From a virus (lineage: Duplodnaviria > Caudoviricetes): a stretch of DNA of 59,932 bases. Below are positions 29,521 through 38,560 of this stretch, in pieces; positions within the stretch are counted from its first letter, which is position 1; every line of letters begins with the position of its first letter. The notes under the pieces are model-generated. The model searched no databases. It was not told the DNA's origin and saw nothing but the letters and a program-made list of their open reading frames with translations. The stretch is from positions 1 through 59,932 of the IMG/VR virus record IMGVR_UViG_3300042560_001663; one strand, written 5' to 3'. The position numbers and the translations under genes are program-made.

Positions 29521-29768
29521 GTTCCTCTTTGAATGTGAATCTTTTTGATTTCCTGATAAAGAAATTGACGAAGTTTAGTGTCTGTGGTGTTATCAAAAGC
29601 ATAATACAGACGATTCAAGTATTCTTGCTGTGTGATGCCAATGTTACCATTCCCACCCAAATCATTGAGTGAAGAACCTCCGATAGACTTTCTCCTGCCG
29701 AAGTTTCCTGTCACATTGCCAGATGTTCTCAGTTTGGGACGAATCTTTGAGAGATTAGAGTATGTCAT
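29514..29768 (-). CDS. Hypothetical protein (start revised to MTYSNLSKIRPKLRT)
   Basis: ATGA overlap with upstream ORF 29765..29974. Confidence 0.6.
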   Translation of the reverse strand: MTYSNLSKIRPKLRTSGNVTGNFGRRKSIGGSSLNDLGGNGNIGITQQEYLNRLYYAFDNTTDTKLRQFLYQEIKKIHIQRGTW

Positions 29769-29974
29769 CCCATACCTCGTGGAAATTGGTGTTTGCAATC
29801 AGGACACAACCAATGGTCAATTCTATCCCCGTGAAGTAACTCAACTCCTATCACACGACTATAGAAATAGGGAGGAGAATAGTTTTCCCAGTATTCTTCT
29901 GGAATGGGCAAATCAACCCAGTTAGCACCACATTCGGGGCAATTCTCAAGTTTTGTGATGTCAGTGTAGTTCAT
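29765..29974 (-). CDS. Small zinc-ribbon protein
   Basis: CPEC...CPDC. Confidence 0.7.
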   Translation of the reverse strand: MNYTDITKLENCPECGANWVDLPIPEEYWENYSPPYFYSRVIGVELLHGDRIDHWLCPDCKHQFPRGMG

Positions 29975-30355
29975 TCTTCATCCTCCTCTACAGCAGCATC
30001 AAAACGAAACTCATAGACGGCAGTATTCATATCACTGTTATACAGAGAGTATTTGAAGAATGGAACAGGACATTGTTCCAACCATTCATTAAAATCAATG
30101 TGTTGAGTTGTGAGATTAGGTACAGTCATCGTGCAATTACATCCAGAGACTCTAACAGCATCAGTGAAAGTTCTACCTGATTGTCTTCATCAACCACAGG
30201 AATGTTTGCATCAACGAACTCACTTGCAAGTTCTTGCAGAAGTTCGGTCATTCTACTATCAGCATAAGCAAATGAAGCAAACTCTGATTTGAAACCATTA
30301 CACAGAAAACGCAGAGAACGTGTTACTGTCAGGTCTTTAATTTCTTGTTCGTAAG

Positions 30356-30499
30356 TCATTTGAAACTCACATTTACGGAAACAACTTTTGCTTTAGGATT
30401 TCTTGCAAGTGCAGTCTCTCGTGCATCTTTAGGACTGATTGCCTGCACTTCTTCGTTGAAGGTTTTACCACCAACATAGAGTTGAACAACGTATTTCAT
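30356..30499 (-). CDS. Small hypothetical protein (47 aa)
   Basis: Not in track. MKYVVQLYVGGKTFNEEVQAISPKDARETALARNPKAKVVSVNVSFK; ATGA overlaps at both ends. Confidence 0.7.
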   Translation of the reverse strand: MKYVVQLYVGGKTFNEEVQAISPKDARETALARNPKAKVVSVNVSFK

Positions 30500-31139
30500 T
30501 TGATGTCACCTTCAGCAATCAACGACATAATTTCACGAGCAGTGGCAGCAAAGTTAATGTGGTCTTCAAGTCCTTCATTAGAATAAACATTGAAGACATC
30601 AGATTCTCTGTAAGTGTCAACAATCAATTTGCAGGCATCATAGAGTTCTGCAATGTGATGCTGACGTGTTGGAAAGGAAATCATTGATGTTGTGTGGTTT
30701 GACTCAACAAAGATAGTATAAGGGCATTGTGGGGGCACACAGGTGCCTCTGTGGACACTTAGAGAAGTGTCACCTTTCAAGACATTTTTGCAAGACTTAC
30801 CAAAAGTCTAATCAACAGAAGAACACCAAACACTTGCAGATAAGTAACAGAAAGACCAATCATCAGTGCAAGAATAACATAGAGGACACCTGAAAGAATT
30901 GCCTCTGCAATAATTGCACCAATTACTTTACCGACTGTATGAAGTGCTTCTTTTTTTTCGGTGGAGAGTGTCATTTGTTGTTAAAATGTTGAAGAATAAT
31001 AATTTGCAATGCTCCCAGAGAATATGCTAGGAGAACCAAGATTCCACAAATCATTGAATGTTGTTTGTCTCAGCAGAACTACAATAGACGATTTTGAGTG
31101 CTGTGCCAGGATGTTGTGCCAGTTATTCAGGTGTCACAT

Positions 31140-31526
31140 TCAAGTGTTTGGATGTCTAATATGTGTGTCTGTAGTTGAGAAATCTTTGTTCTTTCCTTTA
31201 TTTGCCTGGAATCCGTGCGATTTATAGAACTTTGCTAATTTTTCTTTCTTTCCTTTTTCTGGTGCTTGATTTAATGTAATTCTTTTGCCTTGTTTATCAG
31301 CATACTTTGATAATCCTTTCATAATTCTTCCACCAACACCTTGTCCACGTTTTTCTGGTGGAATCCAGATATTGTGTAGACGAATGTTGCCAGATTTGTC
31401 ACTGTGAGAAGCATCAACATTTACACCACGATGTTTTTTACCATATGCTCTTGATATTTTGTTCAAAACCTCTTGTGGTGGTTTTGCTGCTTTTGCTTCT
31501 TGAAGAAATTGTGAGAAAGTTTTCAT
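31140..31526 (-). CDS. GNAT-family acetyltransferase with T4 capsid-targeting-like N-terminus
   Basis: IWIPPEKRGQGVGGRIM (acetyl-CoA-binding motif A), LAKFYKSHGF (motif B); begins MKTFSQFLQEA. Confidence 0.8.
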   Translation of the reverse strand: MKTFSQFLQEAKAAKPPQEVLNKISRAYGKKHRGVNVDASHSDKSGNIRLHNIWIPPEKRGQGVGGRIMKGLSKYADKQGKRITLNQAPEKGKKEKLAKFYKSHGFQANKGKNKDFSTTDTHIRHPNT

Positions 31527-31531
31527 TTTTA

Positions 31532-32227
31532 TCACTCTGCTTCATATTCTTCTCTAACAGGTGCATTGCTACGATCCACAAAAGATTGTCTTGTGACTTT
31601 TCTTGATGCAGATTTAGTTGCTGGTTTCTTTTTACCTTGAGTTGCATCCTCTATATCTTTCTCAAGTTGATTCGCAAATCTTGATAGAAAACCAGTTCTT
31701 GCTAACTTAACATCACTTGGATTTCTTGCTGCTTCATCAACTTCATATTCTTCTCTTGCAACATCAGATTGATACCTTTTTGCACTTGCCATTTGCTTTA
31801 ATCGTGCAAGTTGCTGCATCTTTTTGATTTTTCTTTTCTCTTCTGGTGTTGGTGGTGCTTGTGTTTCAGTTTCTTCTTTTGTTAAATGTGGTGCTGCTTT
31901 GTATCCTTTGTGTCCTGCCTGATAGTTTTGCCATGCTTTTGTGTTTGCTTTTCTATCTGCTGCAGTTACAGTCATTGAAGTATCTTCTGGTGCTTTCTTT
32001 TCACCACCATACACAACCTTCTCACAAATACCTACAAACTCCTCAAATGTTCTTGCTCTTGGATTATAGTAAGGAGTGACATCAGAACGATACTGAGTTC
32101 CACCTACATTCTTACCAAGATGCTTTTCTTGTCTTCTCTTTTTCTCTAGTTCGTATTGCTGTTTTGCGGTTTTTGGTTTAGGAATAGGTTGTCCAGTGAT
32201 TCCTACTTCTGTTTTGTCCTTTGCCAT
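31532..32227 (-). CDS. Charged, likely internal-head/late protein (231 aa)
   Basis: K/E/Q-rich; internal RTFEEFV..CE and repeated xEE sites; perfect TATAAATA upstream. Confidence 0.6.
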   Translation of the reverse strand: MAKDKTEVGITGQPIPKPKTAKQQYELEKKRRQEKHLGKNVGGTQYRSDVTPYYNPRARTFEEFVGICEKVVYGGEKKAPEDTSMTVTAADRKANTKAWQNYQAGHKGYKAAPHLTKEETETQAPPTPEEKRKIKKMQQLARLKQMASAKRYQSDVAREEYEVDEAARNPSDVKLARTGFLSRFANQLEKDIEDATQGKKKPATKSASRKVTRQSFVDRSNAPVREEYEAE

Positions 32228-32230
32228 TGC

Positions 32231-32255
32231 TACAAATACTTTTTAGGTATTTATA
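32231..32255 (-). promoter_or_regulatory. Late promoter TATAAATA embedded in a leader hairpin
   Basis: tataaatac-ctaaaaa-gtatttgta ending 3 nt before ATG. Confidence 0.75.
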
Positions 32256-32259
32256 GTAT

Positions 32260-32814
32260 TCAATCAATCGGAAGTTTTGCTTGTGAGTTACTCTTTGGGA
32301 TGATAAGTTCTTCCATAATGATTTGCTTTGGTAGAAAGTTCCAACAATAGTAACTAGAACTGAACGTAATCTTGTCGTTTGGTCTACCATCAGGACTGTG
32401 AAACTTCATCCGTTTGTCAAACATCAACAGTTGAAGATCCTTGTCCTTGAATAACTGTTTCGGAGCACTATCATTCAACCAAGTGTTAGTCATAATGAGT
32501 GCAAATGGTTTGCCAAATGATAATGCCCTCTCAAAGAACTTACGTTTGTTTGTGAATGGTGGATTGGATACAATTACATCCCATTTGAGTGGTTCAAAAT
32601 CAAAGAAATCTTGACCATAACGGATGTGGGAGTAGACTACATCATTCTGCTCACCAATCTGCTTGACAAACTCACTATTTGGAGTATCAAATGGGCACCA
32701 GACGATTACATCTTTGGGAATGTATTTCAGAATGGGAGTAACACCGTATTTTGGAGTATAACATTCGTCGTTGTTACCCTCCGAATACATCAGTTTGCCA
32801 CTGTCAAGAGTCAT
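32260..32814 (-). CDS. Compact amino-methyltransferase (NPPF motif), probably DNA N6-adenine
   Basis: DECYTP, VWCPFD (motif I variant), GQDFF, DVIVSNPPF (motif IV). Confidence 0.75.
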   Translation of the reverse strand: MTLDSGKLMYSEGNNDECYTPKYGVTPILKYIPKDVIVWCPFDTPNSEFVKQIGEQNDVVYSHIRYGQDFFDFEPLKWDVIVSNPPFTNKRKFFERALSFGKPFALIMTNTWLNDSAPKQLFKDKDLQLLMFDKRMKFHSPDGRPNDKITFSSSYYCWNFLPKQIIMEELIIPKSNSQAKLPID

Positions 32815-33317
32815 ACAATTTGAGTTCCGTATTGATAGATTTCTTTGCGGGTCAGATTACCAGAGAGACGGGGATCTTTGTGCTTACCGTGAATCTTACG
32901 TTCCCAATCTTTCTTAAGTTTGGGAAGCAGAATCATCAGTACATCATCACCAGTCAGTTTCCACACTTCAACGACTTTGCCACCATCATATCGGGCAATA
33001 TAGTGATTGGAATACTTACCAAGTTTCTCCTCAATCAGATAACGTTCTTGCTCTTCCCAGGTATTTTGGACACTGATACCATTATAAGTCCCATTGATAG
33101 ATTTAGCAATGGTAGATTTATACTCACATTCACCATCTTGATCCACAGCATCAGCACCCGAATAAGTTTCTGCTACTTGATGTCCAAGAATACTAGCAAG
33201 ATGTATCTCACGGGAACGAGCATAACTGAAAGGATCTCCCCAACCTTGTTCTTCACAAAGTTGATACATTTCTTCAAACAGTTGTTGAAATCTTTGTTCG
33301 GGGGTCATATGAGTCAC
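32811..33317 (-). CDS. PvuII-family restriction endonuclease
   Basis: Collinear similarity to R.PvuII as recalled: GADAVDQDGECEYKS vs GNDAVDNAGQEYELKS; DWERKIHGKHKD vs KWERKWYSDGHKD; YGTQIV vs HGTKIY; similar length; ATGA overlap with the methyltransferase. Confidence 0.72.
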   Translation of the reverse strand: MTHMTPEQRFQQLFEEMYQLCEEQGWGDPFSYARSREIHLASILGHQVAETYSGADAVDQDGECEYKSTIAKSINGTYNGISVQNTWEEQERYLIEEKLGKYSNHYIARYDGGKVVEVWKLTGDDVLMILLPKLKKDWERKIHGKHKDPRLSGNLTRKEIYQYGTQIV

Positions 33318-34219
33318 CAGTGCTTTGCAAGTGTAAAGTTCATTCTACTAAACTCATCACGATTCACGATTTTGTAACTTCCAAACTGATTGTGCATTAC
33401 AAATCCTTCGTGCTCTGAATCTTTACCATCAATTTTGCAAGTGATGTTATCATCAGATTCAATGTAGAAGAACATATCCATCTTGATAGATTCAATCAAC
33501 TTCCACAATCGCAGCAGGTTGATGTCAACATCATAATTTTCTGCGATTTCGTGTTCGTCAACCTCTTTACCCTCACGAATGTAAGAATTGATGATTTTTT
33601 TGAGTTCTTTTGCTTGTTTGTCACTCACAAAGGTGCAAAGTGTGCTCATTTGACGTGCAAACCCACAAAACTCTTCAATATCATCACGATAAGGACAAAT
33701 TGTTGCTGTTGGTTGAACAAACAAACAGTTTTTTGTGCTGTTCAGTTTCTTCAACAAAGGAGCAGCAGTCATCTCACGAATATCATCAGCACCACTGTAA
33801 ATTGTGTGAGGTGCAATGATAATGTCCTGACGAATTGGTGAAGAGAACTTATAGGTAATTGTGTTAGGAGTGAATGTATCTGCTCCACTCCCGAAACCAA
33901 TCCAATCACCCTGAATCACTGCTTTAGTGCGGGGCAGAAAGTCAAGACAATAAATGAGAATCTGTGCTACCTTTGGTTGATGTCCAAAGTGAGTAAAGAT
34001 GTCATCTTGATTGTAGCAAAGACGAATCTTTTGCTTATTAAATGCTGCTTTAGTGCAGACAAAGAACTTTCCATTCTGAGGATTTGTACCCCAAACAATA
34101 GCAGGAGCACCATCAATTTTCACACTGACATTAGAGTCAGCAGTAAACCAATTCAGAACACTCAAATCTCCTGTCAAGATAGAATCTTCAGGATGTTCCA
34201 AGTGGAGGTTTTGAGTCAT
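33314..34219 (-). CDS. Ligase-fold (KxDG nucleotidyltransferase-like; DUF6267-like) protein
   Basis: HLEHPED, SVKIDGAP (motif I), IQGD, EGFV (motif IV), KIVNRDEFS. Confidence 0.6.
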   Translation of the reverse strand: MTQNLHLEHPEDSILTGDLSVLNWFTADSNVSVKIDGAPAIVWGTNPQNGKFFVCTKAAFNKQKIRLCYNQDDIFTHFGHQPKVAQILIYCLDFLPRTKAVIQGDWIGFGSGADTFTPNTITYKFSSPIRQDIIIAPHTIYSGADDIREMTAAPLLKKLNSTKNCLFVQPTATICPYRDDIEEFCGFARQMSTLCTFVSDKQAKELKKIINSYIREGKEVDEHEIAENYDVDINLLRLWKLIESIKMDMFFYIESDDNITCKIDGKDSEHEGFVMHNQFGSYKIVNRDEFSRMNFTLAKHW

Positions 34220-34897
34220 TGTTTGAGTGTCAACAAAGTCATCATAAAGTAAAAAAAGGAACCTTGTGGGTTCCTCTGTGACAGTTTATCAGGTGTCTTC
34301 TTCTTCTTTGAGTTTGTCCATTGCAGTCTTAGATATTTTACAAACTCGGTTATCTTTGTAAAGTTGAGTTACACGTTCCCGACGAAGTTCAAGAAGTCGG
34401 TTGTAAGTTACTTGCTGTCCTTCAGAAAGATTAAAGTCATTGACTCTCCATTCTTTTTGAAGTTCTTGAAGTTGAATCAGGATTTCAGAGGGTTTCATTG
34501 AGAGTTTCTTGTGTGGTTTCTTGAGTCACTTTAGGTGTCACCCGAATGTTGTAAGGTGAATTGAAGAATCTACGAAATGCAGTAACAATAATCAGGAAAG
34601 TTGATGCAACACCAATCAATCCCAGAAAAGTGACAGCATCACCATTAAAATTAAGAGTTTCAGGAGACATAATCAAAAATCGTATTTGGAATTGAGAAAA
34701 GTGTTGAAAGTTTTGTCATCATTTGTATTTTCTTCAAAGAGTTCGTCTTGATAAGATTCTTTGAAGTCAAAGTCATTCAGTTCTTCAACTTGAATGTCAT
34801 CAAACCAATCCATAGAGGTTCCTCAAATGAACAAAAGTAATATACAGAAGATTGTGGTGTTTTTGTGGTGTTGTGTGCCAGTTATTCAGGTGTCCAC

Positions 34898-35254
34898 TCA
34901 ACGAGACATAATTGCTTTTAATCTTGCTCTTTTTGCTGTTACTTCTGCACCTGCTTCGTGTTCCATTTCTCCGTGTGCTTGACGGATTTGCATACCTTTC
35001 CAACGGGCAGATGCTCTGGCAACCTGTTTGTTATACTCATTTGGTTGCATTTTAGGATGTTGCTCTGCTTGTAGTTCTCTCTTTATTTCTTTTTTTAATG
35101 CTTCTCTTTCTTGTGCTGCTGCTTGGTTTTCTCTTTGTGCAGATTGGTAGTCAGCAACTTTTTGTTTTTGCTTTGCCATTAAATCAAGTTGTCTCTGACG
35201 CAACTCTTGTCTGCGGGATTCAATGTCTTCATTAAATTGCTGAAAAGTCTTCAT
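34898..35254 (-). CDS. Coiled-coil protein with capsid-targeting-like N-terminus
   Basis: Begins MKTFQQFNED; Q/E/K/R-rich; late promoter upstream. Confidence 0.65.
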   Translation of the reverse strand: MKTFQQFNEDIESRRQELRQRQLDLMAKQKQKVADYQSAQRENQAAAQEREALKKEIKRELQAEQHPKMQPNEYNKQVARASARWKGMQIRQAHGEMEHEAGAEVTAKRARLKAIMSR

Positions 35255-35258
35255 CTTT

Positions 35259-35280
35259 ACAAATACTTTTAGGTATTTAT
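35259..35280 (-). promoter_or_regulatory. Late promoter ATAAATA embedded in a leader hairpin
   Basis: ataaatac-ctaaaa-gtatttgt; near-identical to 32231-32255. Confidence 0.7.
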
Positions 35281-35662
35281 TTTACATTGAGTTTGCTTAT
35301 GTGTATCAGTTGGGAAATGATGAGTTCTTAATACTCCATAAACAATAAAACAGTTGGTAATTAAAATAGACAAAAACATCAAAAGACGAATAAGAGCAAT
35401 CTTATCTGCCTCCTGATTGTTTTTACCTGCTTTTTCTCCCAGAGATTTTGCAATCAATCTCCAGAGACTTTTGTGTTTCATTTATCTGATTCTTTAAGTA
35501 GTTTGACTTGATTCCAATCATTCCTATGCACCAAGACACAAACATCATTCACCCGATTGTTGCCTACCCGAACACAAATTGATAGATATTCGTCACAGAC
35601 AAAACGAATCTCACCAACCCAATCTCTGTATTGAACGATGATGCCTTCGGCAAAGGATGGTT

Positions 35663-35962
35663 TCATACAAAGAACTTGTCCAGTGGTGATTCTTTAAGAG
35701 GAATTGCTGTGTATTTTGTGGTATTCTTAAAGTTTACAACTTTACCCATTGTCTTACTATTTACAGGACTATAGAACTTACACTCCTTGTGATTGTAGAA
35801 TCCCCAGATGGTTCTGGTAGATTTGCCCAGATTGTAATCAAACTTGCGGTGGCAATACAACCAAATAGAAAAGATACCACGTTTGAACTCTTCAACTTCA
35901 TAGACATAATCTTTGGGTGCTTTGTGAGTAAATTGTGGAATCAAATCAACTGAGAGTTTCAT
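35663..35962 (-). CDS. Conserved hypothetical phage protein
   Basis: FTHKAPKDY...IWL...TIWGFY...YSPVNSKTMGK; ATGA coupling. Confidence 0.7.
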   Translation of the reverse strand: MKLSVDLIPQFTHKAPKDYVYEVEEFKRGIFSIWLYCHRKFDYNLGKSTRTIWGFYNHKECKFYSPVNSKTMGKVVNFKNTTKYTAIPLKESPLDKFFV

Positions 35963-36388
35963 CAGCAATCGTAATCTTTGACATATGAGAGCAGTTTAAT
36001 CTGTTCTTGTAGTTGTAGTATTTCGTATTGCTGTTCTATAATTTTTTGTTGTAATTGCGAGATTCTATCTTGATATTGAGTTTTAAGATCATCAATCATA
36101 TTGTTGGCATGATCTACGTTTTGTGTCACGTCGTAAATGCCTCAACTACACTGGATTCTACATCTTCAGCAAGAGGATAAGTTCTTGCATTGACTACTTT
36201 GTCACGAAGATTTACATAAAACTGTTCGTTGAAACCATCATCATATTCTTTAATCAAATCAAAACATTCATCATCATCCTCTGCAATCACTGCCCAAAGT
36301 CCACCATATTCACTTCTAGGAAAGGGGCAAAAATGATCAACCAGATAAAGAAACTTTTGTGCCATTTGTTTTTGTAAGTTACTCCTTA

Positions 36389-36417
36389 AGTTTAATGTGA
36401 AATGATACGATTGTCAA
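36389..36417 (-). promoter_or_regulatory. sigma70-type promoter TTGACA-17-TAAACT
   Basis: -35 at 36412-36417, -10 at 36389-36394, AGGAG and ATG of 36126..36365 downstream. Confidence 0.7.
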
Positions 36418-37240
36418 TAGAACTCTGCCAAGATGTAGTCGCAAGTGACTTCATATTTCTCAGCAAGTTCATTGACTTCTTGCCAGAACTCTTCTGCCTC
36501 TTTGCTTTGTTCTGCTTGTTGAATCAGTTTTTTGATGCTATCGGGAATCATTTTTTATTCAGGTAATCAAAGTGTTTGGAAAATAGAACAAAGAAGAACC
36601 AAGCAAATGCTGCTGAAATGATGAGAAACTCTATCATTTTTGATGTGTAAGATTTTGAATTGCTTGTTGACGATAATGTGCTTTGAACATAGCATCATCA
36701 CGTTGAATACAGAAGATGTTCCAGGCAATAATTGCAGAGAACCCAATCAATCCAGCAGCAATGTATTTGGTTTTCATTTTAGATGCTCTCTGCAGTAAAC
36801 AAAACGTTCCCATTCTTTATCTGTGAAGTTGTCAGAAGCATAGGGAATACCAACAACATAGGCACAGAACTTGTTAATCTCTTCAGAACGGTTACTTGTA
36901 GCAATCAAAGAACTTGCAAGGAGTTCAATCATTTGTTCATTTGGAAGATACGTTAGATTTGAAAATCATATTAGCAAGAAAGATAATAGCAAAGTTCTGC
37001 CAGAAGGACAAAGATACACCAAACCAAGACAGAATCAATCCAAGCAACCACGCTTCAAAAAGAAGTCCAGCAGTTGCAAGGACAATTACACCAAATACAG
37101 CACCAAGAGCAGTAGAAGTTTTCATTTTTCAGAATCAATAATTTTTTTAAGATCTTCACTCAAACGTTTATTTGCACGACGAGTGAGAATAATGTCTGCG
37201 ATGCAATAACCAAAGGCAAATCCTGCCATAATTGTAGTGA

Positions 37241-37663
37241 TCATACTGCAACTGCTCCTTCAGGAATAGAAACAACTTCGGGAAGTTTGGAATTATCAAA
37301 CTGGTGCATATTATAGCACACCCACTTACCACTACGGAAGACATATGCGTATTCTTCACTGTTATCGGGAAGAAGAAACTCACAGAGGTCTGCATCAAGA
37401 CGGGGAGGGCAATCTTCACCACGTTGAGAGTAGTATTGAGGACCATATTCTGCATTTTTAGCAGATCCATTATCATTCCATCGTTCATCAGTCCAACAGG
37501 AAGACATATCACCACCATCAATCAGTTCAGCAGCAAGTTCTTTGTTGTTGTAGTGAGTAGTCAGAATACGACCCAACCATTCAGGATAACCATCCCAGTG
37601 ATGATATGCTGAAAGAATAGAACCATCAGAGAGTTCAAGTCCAATTCGTGAACGGGTGCCCAT
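37241..37663 (-). CDS. Conserved hypothetical phage protein
   Basis: MGTRSRIG...YHHWDGYPEWLG...EEYAYVF family motif. Confidence 0.75.
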   Translation of the reverse strand: MGTRSRIGLELSDGSILSAYHHWDGYPEWLGRILTTHYNNKELAAELIDGGDMSSCWTDERWNDNGSAKNAEYGPQYYSQRGEDCPPRLDADLCEFLLPDNSEEYAYVFRSGKWVCYNMHQFDNSKLPEVVSIPEGAVAV

Positions 37664-37777
37664 AAAATAGTTGAAGTGTGGTTTGTGTTGAGAGGCAACC
37701 TCTGTGCCTCATAAACTTATGATAGAACGGCACAGGGCAGTTTCAAGATGCTCTGTGCCAGTTCTGCAAGTGTCACA

Positions 37778-38347
37778 TCAGAAGTCCAAATAATCCTCTA
37801 TTGCTTCATCAATCTTTTGAGAAAGTGAAGTCGGAGGAAGAATAGGATTAACTTCTCCAATGTCACACTGATAATAGTCTCCCAAATTAAGTTCAATCAT
37901 TGCACCATCTGCACCCTCTTGATAGAGTGAACGTGCAACTTCATCTTCCAGAACAACAACCCGACGTGCTGTCAAATCAAGAACCAGAAGATAATCATAG
38001 GTAGAGTCTTTTTTGAAATCCTCTACAGTTTTTGTTTCAGACAGAAAAGACTTGACCTTGAACTTTTTAGTTGCGTGAACATCTTTACGTTTGTAGAAAA
38101 GATCCTTTCCCATCTTCATCTCAATTCGGATGAAGTTTCCAGTTTCATCTTCCCAGATGAAATCATAACCAGTTTTGTCAACCCTGACGAGATCAGAAAA
38201 CTTTGCAAGTCCCTTTTCAACAGCAGTGGCACGGGCAAAGTTATCTGCATTGGAGGAGAAACCTTTGTCGGAGTAGAGAGAATCTACAACTCCAAAAACT
38301 TTGTTCCAGTTCACACCAGTTTCAAGGTGATCAATTAGATGAGTCAT
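37778..38347 (-). CDS. Putative PD-(D/E)xK nuclease without adjacent methyltransferase (start revised to MTHLID)
   Basis: AVEKGL...TGYDFIW...RIEMKMG...YDYLLVLD; bounded by two repeat elements. Confidence 0.55.
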   Translation of the reverse strand: MTHLIDHLETGVNWNKVFGVVDSLYSDKGFSSNADNFARATAVEKGLAKFSDLVRVDKTGYDFIWEDETGNFIRIEMKMGKDLFYKRKDVHATKKFKVKSFLSETKTVEDFKKDSTYDYLLVLDLTARRVVVLEDEVARSLYQEGADGAMIELNLGDYYQCDIGEVNPILPPTSLSQKIDEAIEDYLDF

Positions 38348-38389
38348 AGTGTCAGTAGTGGACATATGCAATATACACAAGATGAGAGG

Positions 38390-38560
38390 TCAATCAATAG
38401 GTAATGTGCCACTTGATTGACTGGCACAGTGCTGTTTGATATACTTTTGTGCCTGCAATGAAGTGTTTACAACATCAAGTTGCCGTCCATTGTGAATAAT
38501 CATCAGTTTCTTCCCAAAAGGAACCGCAGCATAATCACCTTTAATAAATCCTTCTTTCAT
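38390..38560 (-). CDS. Small hypothetical protein (56 aa)
   Basis: Not in track. MKEGFIKGDYAAVPFGKKLMIIHNGRQL...; ATGA overlap with helicase stop; its tail reads through the palindrome at 38406-38427. Confidence 0.6.
   Translation of the reverse strand: MKEGFIKGDYAAVPFGKKLMIIHNGRQLDVVNTSLQAQKYIKQHCASQSSGTLPID

Noticed and set aside
28253-33317. Inferring recognition sites from palindrome avoidance (e.g. CAGCTG)
   Set aside because: Some GC-rich palindromes look scarce, but I cannot count k-mers reliably by eye, so no claim is made.
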